Part shown: positions 56,830 to 64,000 of the stretch, piece after piece
Layout: the number at the start of each line of letters is the position of its first letter
Position numbering within the stretch: the stretch's first letter is position 1
Assembly: GCA_964621755.1 (NCBI GenBank)
Contig: CAZUPI010000002.1
Location: 4,442-68,441, forward strand
Source: an uncultured Ruminococcus sp.
Lineage (GTDB): Bacteria; Bacillota; Clostridia; Oscillospirales; CAG-272
DNA: 64,000 nucleotides
Direction of reading: 5' to 3'
Notes under the pieces: model-generated
Seen by the model: only the letters and a program-made list of their open reading frames with translations
Told to the model about the DNA's origin: nothing
Database searches by the model: none
Program-made: the position numbers and the translations under genes

Positions 56830-57857
56830 TGGAGAAAAAAAACGATGTTTTGCTTCAGGTAAAGAATCTGCATACCTACTTTAAAACCAGAAACGGCATC
56901 ATCAAGGCGGTAAACGACGTCTCATACGAGCTTTGCGCCGGTAAGACCCTCGGTATCGTAGGTGAGTCCGGTTCCGGCAAAAGCGTATCGGCCATGAGCA
57001 TTCTCCGCCTTCTGGACGCCAACGGCTATATCGCGGAGGGAGAAATCCTCTTTCGCGGACAAAATCTCGTCACCCTTCCCATTCAAGATATGTACAACAT
57101 CCGCGGAAATAAAATTTCGGTTATCTTCCAGGAACCGATGACGAGCTTAAACCCGGTCTTTACGATAAAAAGACAGCTTTCCGAACCGTTCATGATTCAC
57201 CAGAAGATGTCCATGGAGGAGGCCGCAAAAAAGAGTCTTGAAATGCTCGAAGCGGTGCAGATTCCAAACCCGGAAGCGGTTCTCCGGCAATATCCGCACC
57301 AGCTCTCCGGCGGTATGAGACAGCGCGTCATGATAGCGATGGCGCTCGCCTGCAAGCCGGACATTCTCATCGCGGACGAGCCGACCACAGCCCTTGACGT
57401 CACGATTCAGGCACAGATTCTCAAGCTCATGAACGACCTCCAGCGCACCAACGGCACGTCGATTCTCTTCATCACCCATGACCTCGGCGTCATCAATGAA
57501 ATGGCGGACGACGTAGTCGTCATGTACTGTGGGCAGGCGGTCGAACAGGCGCCGGCAAAGGTGATTTTCACCGACTGCAAGTTCAGCCATCCGTATACAG
57601 AGGGGCTGATGTTCTCCATCCCGCGTCTGAACGACACACGCGCGAAGCTCGACCCGATTCCCGGCGTAGTCCCGCACCCCCTCGCCCTGCCGAAGGGATG
57701 CAAATTCTCGCCGCGGTGCAAATACTGCACACAGAAGTGCATAGACGACGAGCCCAAGCTGCTGCCGGCAGGTGAAAATCAGCTTATCCGGTGCCACTAT
57801 CCCGAAAAAGCGGTGAGGAGGAGCGCAGAGCATGAAAAAATTGCTATCCATCAATAA
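56829..57857 (+). CDS. ABC transporter ATP-binding protein (OppD/DppD type)
   Basis: 342 aa. Walker A is GESGSGKSV, the signature is LSGGMRQR and Walker B is ILIADEPTTALD. The C-terminal oligo_HPY region contains Cys residues (CKFSPRCKYC). Confidence 0.92.
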   Translation: MEKKNDVLLQVKNLHTYFKTRNGIIKAVNDVSYELCAGKTLGIVGESGSGKSVSAMSILRLLDANGYIAEGEILFRGQNLVTLPIQDMYNIRGNKISVIFQEPMTSLNPVFTIKRQLSEPFMIHQKMSMEEAAKKSLEMLEAVQIPNPEAVLRQYPHQLSGGMRQRVMIAMALACKPDILIADEPTTALDVTIQAQILKLMNDLQRTNGTSILFITHDLGVINEMADDVVVMYCGQAVEQAPAKVIFTDCKFSHPYTEGLMFSIPRLNDTRAKLDPIPGVVPHPLALPKGCKFSPRCKYCTQKCIDDEPKLLPAGENQLIRCHYPEKAVRRSAEHEKIAIHQ

Positions 57858-59436
57858 CCTGAAAAAATACTTCCCTCTCGCGAAAAAAAGCCTTTTTCAA
57901 AAGGAGCAATACTATGTGCGCGCCAACGACGATATCTCCCTTGACATCTACGAAGGCGAGACGTTCGGATTGGTAGGGGAATCGGGATGCGGCAAATCGA
58001 CGCTTGGACGTGTGATTCTCCAACTCTATCATCAGACCGCCGGGAGTACCATGTACTACGGCCGAACCCTTGCGCAGGCTGCACCGAGTTATGTCATCGA
58101 TACGTTAAAGCACGCGGAGGAGTACGTTGCCGCGTACCATGCTGCGGAAAAGAAAGCGGCGGAAGCTGTGGAAAAGTGCAAACTTCTCGGGGAGAACGCA
58201 ACATTTCTCGACCTGCAAAGCAAAAATCTCGCACTTGCAAAAGCACAGACCGCGTGCAGCAAGACAGCAAAAATTCTCGGCGGCTTTGCAGCGGAAGGAA
58301 CCCGCGAAGGAGCGGACGCTCTGCTTGCCCTATTTGAAATAAACGTAGAAGAAGCGGAAATCCGCCGCAAAATCGAGGATATCGAGCTGGAAACGGAGCT
58401 CATGGAAGGAAAAATCGAGGACCAGAAGAAAGCGGGCAGCTCGATCGACTCACGGAACAGCAAGCTGTCCGGTCTGCGCGAGAAGAAAAAAACATTGGAG
58501 ACGGAAAGAAAAGCGGTCGGTGATAAGCGCGCAGCAGCAGAAGCGAAAGTGGAAACGCTGCGCACAAAGTACCGCGGTCACGCCGAATTTGATAAATACG
58601 AAGCGATGCTTGACGACGGCATTGACCTTTCAAGATTGACCGCTGCCGAAATGCGCGCGATTCGCCGCGACCTGCAAATTATCTTCCAAGACCCGTACTC
58701 CTCGCTGAACCCGCGTATGACCGTCGGTCAGATAATCGCAGAAGGGTTGGTGACACACAAATTTTTCAAACGCGGATCACCGAAAATGAAGGAATACATC
58801 CTCCGCGAAATGGAGAACTGCGGATTACCGGACTACATGTACAGCCGTTATCCGCACCAATTTTCGGGCGGTCAGCGTCAGAGAATCTGCATCGCACGTT
58901 CTCTCGCCGTTAAGCCAAAATTTGTGGTCTGCGACGAGTGCGTATCCGCGCTTGACGTGTCGATTCAGTCGCAGATTATCAACCTGCTTCAGGAGCTGAA
59001 GGAAAAGGAAAAGCTGACGTACCTGTTCATCTCCCACAATCTGTCGGTCGTACGGTACATCTCAGACCGAATCGGCGTCATGTACCTTGGAAATATGGTA
59101 GAAGTAGCGCCGACGGACACGATATTTAAAGACCCGCGTCATCCTTACACCGTAGCGCTCCTGTCCTCCATCCCCACAACGGACCTCGAAGGCTCCAAAA
59201 AGGAACGCATCATCCTTGGCGGAAACATCCCCAGCCCGATAAAGCCGCCGTCCGGATGCAAGTTTCACCCCCGCTGCTACATGGCGTGCGACAAATGCAA
59301 GCGTGTTCCTCCGCCGTACGTAGAAGTTGAGCCGGGTCATTTTGTAGCCTGTCACAATCTCGACCGCAAGGTCGATGAAAATGGAGCCTACCTATTCGAA
59401 CTCCACCAATCCGAAGCGGAGCTTGGAAAGGATTGA
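57832..59436 (+). CDS. ABC transporter ATP-binding protein (OppF/DppF type) with a roughly 190-aa coiled-coil insertion after the Walker A region
   Basis: 534 aa. Walker A is GESGCGKST. An insertion at aa 81-268 is rich in A/E/K heptad-like sequence. Canonical sequence then resumes: LQIIFQDPYSSLNPRMTVGQ, FSGGQRQR, FVVCDECVSALD. Confidence 0.88.
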   Translation: MKKLLSINNLKKYFPLAKKSLFQKEQYYVRANDDISLDIYEGETFGLVGESGCGKSTLGRVILQLYHQTAGSTMYYGRTLAQAAPSYVIDTLKHAEEYVAAYHAAEKKAAEAVEKCKLLGENATFLDLQSKNLALAKAQTACSKTAKILGGFAAEGTREGADALLALFEINVEEAEIRRKIEDIELETELMEGKIEDQKKAGSSIDSRNSKLSGLREKKKTLETERKAVGDKRAAAEAKVETLRTKYRGHAEFDKYEAMLDDGIDLSRLTAAEMRAIRRDLQIIFQDPYSSLNPRMTVGQIIAEGLVTHKFFKRGSPKMKEYILREMENCGLPDYMYSRYPHQFSGGQRQRICIARSLAVKPKFVVCDECVSALDVSIQSQIINLLQELKEKEKLTYLFISHNLSVVRYISDRIGVMYLGNMVEVAPTDTIFKDPRHPYTVALLSSIPTTDLEGSKKERIILGGNIPSPIKPPSGCKFHPRCYMACDKCKRVPPPYVEVEPGHFVACHNLDRKVDENGAYLFELHQSEAELGKD

Positions 59437-59457
59437 AAAGACGCGCAAGGAGAATCT

Positions 59458-59664
59458 ATGTTTGAAAAATTCAAAAGGGTAATAAAGGCGCACGAAGGAA
59501 AGCAACTCACGAATAACGAATGGAATGAGGGACTTAAAAGACAGGGCGGACTGGAAAAATACGATTTTCTCGCGATGGTAATCGCCGCCTCTGTTGTCAT
59601 TATCCCGGTATGTCTCGTGCTGCTCGTGATTCTTTCTGCGGTATGCTGCCTGTTTCTGTTGTAA
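59458..59664 (+). CDS. Small tail-anchored membrane protein, last ORF of the ABC operon
   Basis: 68 aa. The SD AAGGAGA lies 5 nt upstream. A polar N-terminal half is followed by one C-terminal TM helix (FLAMVIAASVVIIPVCLVLLVILSAVCCLFLL). Confidence 0.55.
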   Translation: MFEKFKRVIKAHEGKQLTNNEWNEGLKRQGGLEKYDFLAMVIAASVVIIPVCLVLLVILSAVCCLFLL

Positions 59665-59708
59665 CGGAATGTAACAGATATTTTTTCCTTTCCATCTAGC
59701 GATAAAGT

Positions 59709-59750
59709 AAAGGGTACAGTTTCTTGCATAGACTGTACCCTTTGTTTTGT
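59709..59750 (+). terminator. Rho-independent terminator of the ABC operon
   Basis: A 12-bp stem (AAAGGGTACAGT/ACTGTACCCTTT) with an 11-nt loop is followed by TGTTTTGTT. Confidence 0.7.
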
Positions 59751-59844
59751 TGATTTTAACTATTTTATCACGCGTCCAATTATGGTATACTATTTTTACT
59801 TATAGGAAAATTTTCTGATAAATTATCATGGAGAAAAGAAAAAC

Positions 59845-61029
59845 ATGAAGGAAGTCATTCTCTGCAAGTACGGTGAGATAATCCTCAAAGGGACGAACAA
59901 GGGCATGTTTGAAACACAGCTGCTGCGTGAAGTAAAGCGCCGCGCCGCGCTAATTGGAAATTATACCGTGCGATACAATCAAAGCACCGTCTACGTCGAG
60001 CCCAACGATGAGGAAGCCATTGCCCAAATCGACGCCATGTACGCTCAGTTCGGCAAGGTTTTCGGATTCGCTGGAATCTGCCGCGCCGCAGTCTGTGAAA
60101 AGACCCTTGACTCCATTCTCGAAACGGCGCGCGCATACCTTCCCGAAAAGCTCGCCGGTGTAAAGACCTTCAAATGTACTGCCAAACGGAGCGACAAAAA
60201 ATTCCCCCTATCCTCTCCTGAGCTGTCCGGCGAAGTCGGCGCGGCTATTCTTGAGACGATGCCGCACCTGACAGTCGACCTCACCAACCCCGACGTGATT
60301 GTAAAAATTGAGGTCCGTGAAACCAACGCCTATATCCACGCCGGTCAAGAACGCGGCGCGGGCGGTATGCCTATCGGTTCTGCCGGACGGGGACTTCTGC
60401 TGTTGTCCGGCGGCATCGACTCTCCGGTAGCGGGATATATGATGATGAAGCGCGGCATGACAGTCGATTGTCTCCATTTTGAGAGCTTCCCGTACACCAG
60501 CGAAGCCGCCCGGGAGAAAGTCCTCACTCTCGCTACAGAGCTGACCGAGTACTGCGGGAAAATCAAAGTACACATCATCTCGCTGACGCATATTCAGGAA
60601 CTCATGCGCGATACCTGCGAAGAAGACTACTTCACCCTTCTTCTCCGTCGTTTCATGATGCGTCTGGCGTCAAAATGCGCGGCGGAAAACAGCTGTGAGG
60701 TTCTCGTGACCGGTGAATCGCTCGGTCAGGTCGCGTCCCAAACCATGAAAGCCATGTGCGTAACGGAAAACGCCGCTGACCGCCCAATCTTCCGCCCCTG
60801 TATCGGGATGGATAAAGAGGAAATCATCAAGATTTCCCGCGAAATCGGCACCTTCGAGACCTCCATTCTTCCGTACGATGACTGCTGCACGGTATTCACT
60901 CCAAAGCACCCGCGCACTCAGCCGGAGCTTGCCAAAGTCCTTCTTCAGGAAGAAAAGCTCGATATCGACGCACTCGTCGAGGAGGCATGGGCGACCAGAA
61001 ATACAGTCGTTCTGTATCAGGAGCTGTGA
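59845..61029 (+). CDS. thiI: tRNA uracil 4-sulfurtransferase ThiI (THUMP plus PP-loop, no rhodanese domain)
   Basis: 394 aa. The N-terminus is ILCKYGEIILKG and the PP-loop is LLLLSGGIDSPVA. Confidence 0.9.
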   Translation: MKEVILCKYGEIILKGTNKGMFETQLLREVKRRAALIGNYTVRYNQSTVYVEPNDEEAIAQIDAMYAQFGKVFGFAGICRAAVCEKTLDSILETARAYLPEKLAGVKTFKCTAKRSDKKFPLSSPELSGEVGAAILETMPHLTVDLTNPDVIVKIEVRETNAYIHAGQERGAGGMPIGSAGRGLLLLSGGIDSPVAGYMMMKRGMTVDCLHFESFPYTSEAAREKVLTLATELTEYCGKIKVHIISLTHIQELMRDTCEEDYFTLLLRRFMMRLASKCAAENSCEVLVTGESLGQVASQTMKAMCVTENAADRPIFRPCIGMDKEEIIKISREIGTFETSILPYDDCCTVFTPKHPRTQPELAKVLLQEEKLDIDALVEEAWATRNTVVLYQEL

Positions 61030-61156
61030 TTTTTTCTAAAAACGCAAGTGCGGCAGGGAGATGCGGTTTCCAAAAAGTACCTCCCTCGAGTTTATTTCGT
61101 AAAGGAAAATGAACGGACGCAAATTCAACTATCTACCACATGAAAGGGATTCTGAA

Positions 61157-62617
61157 ATGAAAAGAGACGACTACAGTCTTGCACTGTTATGCGACTTCTA
61201 CGAGCTGACAATGGGTCGCGGCTATTTTGAAACCGAAATGCGTACTAAAATCGCATATTTTGACGTATTTTTCCGCCGCGTTCCCGATGGAGGCGGATAT
61301 GCTATCGCCGCTGGGCTTGAGCAGATTGTCCATTATATTGAAAACCTCAAATTCTCTGAAGAAGATATTGCGTTCCTGCGTGAGAAGAAAATTTTCTCCG
61401 AGGAATTTCTCGCTTATCTCTCTACATTCCGCTTTTCCGGCGATATCTGGGGTGTCCCCGAAGGAAGCGTTATCTTCCCGGGCGAGCCGATTCTGACGGT
61501 CCGTGCCCCCGTAATTGAAGCACAGCTCATCGAAACCTATGTTCTTCTCGCCCTCAACCACCAGTCTCTCATCGCCACCAAGGCCTCCCGCATGGTTCGC
61601 GCCGCAAAGGGACGTCCCATCTCCGAATTCGGCAGCCGCCGTGCACATGGTGAGGACGCGGCAGTCTACGGTGCGAGAGCCGCCTACATCGGCGGATGCA
61701 CCGGAACGGCCTGCACCCTTTCCGATAAACTCTACGGAGTCCCCGCAGGCGGTACAATGGCGCACTCATGGGTGCAGATGTTCGATAACGAATACGACGC
61801 TTTCACCACCTACTGCCGCCTTTATCCGAACAACCCCACCCTTCTCGTCGACACATACAGCGTATTCGGCTCAGGAATCCCGAACGCCATCCGCGCCGTA
61901 AAGGACATTCTGTGGCCGATGGGGTTGAAGAAATGCGGCATCCGTATTGATTCCGGCGACATCGCCTATCTCACCAAAAAGGCGCGTCGGGTTCTCGACG
62001 AAGCCGGACTTACCGACTGCAAAATCATCGTTTCCAATTCGCTTGACGAATACCTTATCAGCGAGATTCTGGCGCAGGACGCCTGCATTGATGCATTTGG
62101 CGTAGGCGAACGCCTCATCACGGCTAAGAGCGACGCCGTTTTCGGATGCGTATACAAGCTCGCGGCAGTGGAAGATGAAAACGGCGTCATCACCCCGCGA
62201 ATCAAAGTCAGCGAAAACGCCGCGAAAATCACGAACCCGCACTTCAAAAAGCTGTTCCGCATGTACTCGAACGAAACAGGCAAAGCGGAAGCGGACCTTA
62301 TCATGCTTTATAACGAGACTGTCGACCAGACGAAGCCGCTCGAGATTTTTGACCCTGAATACACATGGAAGTGCTGCGTGCTGGAGAACTTCACCGCCCG
62401 GGAAATGTTGGTTTCGGTATTCCAAAACGGCAAGCTCGTCTACAACCTGCCGCCGCTCGATGAAATCCGCGAACACTGCACGCGTGAAATTGCGACCATG
62501 TGGAAAGAGGTCCTCCGTTTTGAAAATCCACACAACTATTACGTCGACCTCTCACAGAATCTGTGGGATTTGAAGCATCAGATGATTTCGAAATACATCA
62601 AGGGAAACCGTGGATAA
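61157..62617 (+). CDS. pncB: Nicotinate phosphoribosyltransferase
   Basis: The start at 61157 (MKRDDYSLALLCDFYELTMG) has a GAAAGGGA SD. The family motifs are FGSRRAHG and GTMAHSWV. Confidence 0.9.
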   Translation: MKRDDYSLALLCDFYELTMGRGYFETEMRTKIAYFDVFFRRVPDGGGYAIAAGLEQIVHYIENLKFSEEDIAFLREKKIFSEEFLAYLSTFRFSGDIWGVPEGSVIFPGEPILTVRAPVIEAQLIETYVLLALNHQSLIATKASRMVRAAKGRPISEFGSRRAHGEDAAVYGARAAYIGGCTGTACTLSDKLYGVPAGGTMAHSWVQMFDNEYDAFTTYCRLYPNNPTLLVDTYSVFGSGIPNAIRAVKDILWPMGLKKCGIRIDSGDIAYLTKKARRVLDEAGLTDCKIIVSNSLDEYLISEILAQDACIDAFGVGERLITAKSDAVFGCVYKLAAVEDENGVITPRIKVSENAAKITNPHFKKLFRMYSNETGKAEADLIMLYNETVDQTKPLEIFDPEYTWKCCVLENFTAREMLVSVFQNGKLVYNLPPLDEIREHCTREIATMWKEVLRFENPHNYYVDLSQNLWDLKHQMISKYIKGNRG

Positions 62618-63518
62618 AAACGAAACGATTCTAAACCGCTGTACAATCTGCCCCCGCATGTGCGGTGCTGACCGCTGCAAAAGCCCCGGATACTGCGGTG
62701 CAACAGACAAAGTTGAAATTGCAAGAGTGATGCTGCATCACTGGGAGGAGCCGTGTATCAGCGGTACGGACAAGACCCGCGGTTCCGGAGCCGTCTTCTT
62801 CACGCATTGTCCCCTTGGGTGTGCGTACTGCCAGAATCGCGACATCAGCCGCCGCACGTCTGTCGGGACGGTTTACACAACTGAAGAGCTCGCGAAAGTT
62901 TTTCTCAAGCTGCAAAAGGACGGCGCGTACAACATCAACCTCGTCAGTCCGACCCAGTACACGCCGCATATTATGGATGCGGTGCGGTCAGCACGTTCGT
63001 GCGGTCTCGCCCTTCCGGTGGTCTGGAATACTGGCGGGTACGAGCTGCCTGAGACGGTATCCGCTCTGCGCGGCATAGTCGATATTTTTTTGACAGACTT
63101 CAAGTATGCCTCACCGGACGCCGCGTCGCTGTACTCGTTTGCAAAGGATTATCCGTTCTATGCTGCGGAATCTCTCGCAAAAATGTACGAAATTACCGGC
63201 AAATATGAGTTTGACGAAAGCGGCATGATGAAGCGCGGGGTCATCATCCGGCATCTGATTCTGCCCGGTTATCGTGCGGATTCAGCGGCAGTACTTGAGA
63301 AAATTGCGGCTGTCGTTCCGGTTTCCGACGTCCGGTTGTCGCTGATGGCGCAGTACACGCCCGAATTTCTCGCAGACGACGAAAAATTCGCCAAAATCCG
63401 CCGTCGAATTACCTCGTTTGAGTACCAGTCCGTTCTCGACAAAGCAGTCCGCTTAGGCTTTGACGGCTACTCACAGGAGCGCACCTCCGCCACCAAAAAA
63501 TTCACGCCGGAATTTTGA
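62610..63518 (+). CDS. Radical SAM protein, PflX-type (putative activating-enzyme-like)
   Basis: 302 aa, GTG start overlapping the pncB stop. An N-terminal Cys cluster (CTICPRMCGADRCKSPGYCG) is followed by the radical SAM motif CPLGCAYC. Confidence 0.8.
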   Translation: MDKNETILNRCTICPRMCGADRCKSPGYCGATDKVEIARVMLHHWEEPCISGTDKTRGSGAVFFTHCPLGCAYCQNRDISRRTSVGTVYTTEELAKVFLKLQKDGAYNINLVSPTQYTPHIMDAVRSARSCGLALPVVWNTGGYELPETVSALRGIVDIFLTDFKYASPDAASLYSFAKDYPFYAAESLAKMYEITGKYEFDESGMMKRGVIIRHLILPGYRADSAAVLEKIAAVVPVSDVRLSLMAQYTPEFLADDEKFAKIRRRITSFEYQSVLDKAVRLGFDGYSQERTSATKKFTPEF

Positions 63519-63609
63519 GGAAAGCACCATACAATGATTTCCATCTATAATTCCTTATTTTTCGGGAATGCTTTTTATAGCACATCACCCCGAAAGGAGT
63601 TATACCAGG

Positions 63610-63852
63610 ATGGAAAATCCAAATCCCAATAAACCGCGTCCCTACAAAGAACCGTTTTTCAATGAAGAAATGCCGCTTGGGCTCGGAATGGCGCTCGTGC
63701 AGAACTCGTCCGCGCTCGACCGTTTTTCACGCCTGACAGAATCCGAGAAGCACGACCTGATAAACAGCGTCCACGGCATCACTTCCAAAGAAGAAATGCG
63801 CTCCTTCGTCGAGGCTTTTGCCGGAGGAGATGACGCAAAAAGGATTTTTTAG
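63610..63852 (+). CDS. Small hypothetical protein
   Basis: 80 aa counted from the ATG at 63610 (MENPNPNKPRPYKEPFF), which is preceded by the SD AAAGGAG. No recognisable motif is present. Confidence 0.5.
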   Translation: MENPNPNKPRPYKEPFFNEEMPLGLGMALVQNSSALDRFSRLTESEKHDLINSVHGITSKEEMRSFVEAFAGGDDAKRIF

Positions 63853-63925
63853 GGAGCATTCAAAATTTTGCGGGGAAAACTTTTTTAAAAAAAGTTTTCC
63901 CCGCCCCCCTTTCCAATCCGTTTGG
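63851..63925 (+). repeat. Related hairpin element (variant) downstream of the small ORF, probable terminator
   Basis: TTCAAAATTTTG, then the hairpin CGGGGAAAACTTTTTT/AAAAAAAGTTTTCCCCG, then CCCCCCTTTCC. It shares the CAAAAyTTTT and G-rich/C-rich boxes with the other copies. Confidence 0.45.
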
Positions 63926-63971
63926 ACATGGGGTAAAATCAAAAATATACTTTACATAGGAGTGTCCCTGT

Positions 63972-64000
63972 ATGAATATTGAAACGGAACGAAAGTTTTT
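63972..64000 (+). CDS. Start of a CDS running off the right edge
   Basis: ATG with an AGGAG SD upstream. The N-terminus MNIETERKF resembles the start of CYTH-domain proteins, but only 9 codons are visible. Confidence 0.3.

Overview
This is a chromosomal, housekeeping-rich window from a Gram-positive, Clostridia-like genome. The gene content pointing that way is a PASTA-type PBP, gatCAB, a SpoIID-like protein and SD-type RBSs. I recognised no rRNA, tRNA, CRISPR array, transposase, integrase or phage genes.

Left to right:
- The MoxR-DUF58-membrane protein operon; its last gene runs off the left edge and is missing from the ORF track.
- A three-gene FAD-oxidoreductase/DUF1667 cluster.
- A complete minus-strand dcw cluster: mraZ-rsmH-ftsL-pbp-murE-murF-mraY-ftsW-murG-ftsQ-ftsZ. 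There is no murD, murC or ftsA inside it.
- gatCAB, nfo, yihY, mltG, a CPBP protease, 5-formyl-THF cyclo-ligase, a DJ-1 gene, tmk and ftsK.
- A split TSUP transporter, a GH109-like oxidoreductase and a Fur-family/znuACB metal operon.
- A eukaryote-like MIF tautomerase, a flavin reductase and an EF-G paralogue with a 1-nt frameshift.
- A three-gene peptidoglycan-binding operon whose products lack signal peptides.
- An XRE-HTH protein fused to an acidic beta-solenoid, a C26 amidotransferase-like hydrolase and a decayed glycyl-radical-enzyme remnant.
- A five-gene Opp/Dpp-type ABC importer plus a small TM ORF, then thiI, pncB and a PflX-type radical SAM gene.

Most interesting:
1. The ABC importer at 51.5-59.7 kb. 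Its second permease carries a roughly 310-aa, seven-blade RCC1-like propeller in the first external loop. Its second ATPase carries a roughly 190-aa coiled-coil insertion, and its binding protein is oversized.
2. A 387-bp direct repeat with one mismatch. It copies the ftsK-3'/tmk-5' junction 1.7 kb downstream and creates a DJ-1::FtsK-gamma chimeric ORF.
3. The HTH-solenoid protein, which is encoded partly by 48-bp tandem repeats.
4. A dispersed family of G5/C5 hairpin plus C-rich-tail intergenic elements.

Functional calls rest on motif recognition by eye. No database search was run.
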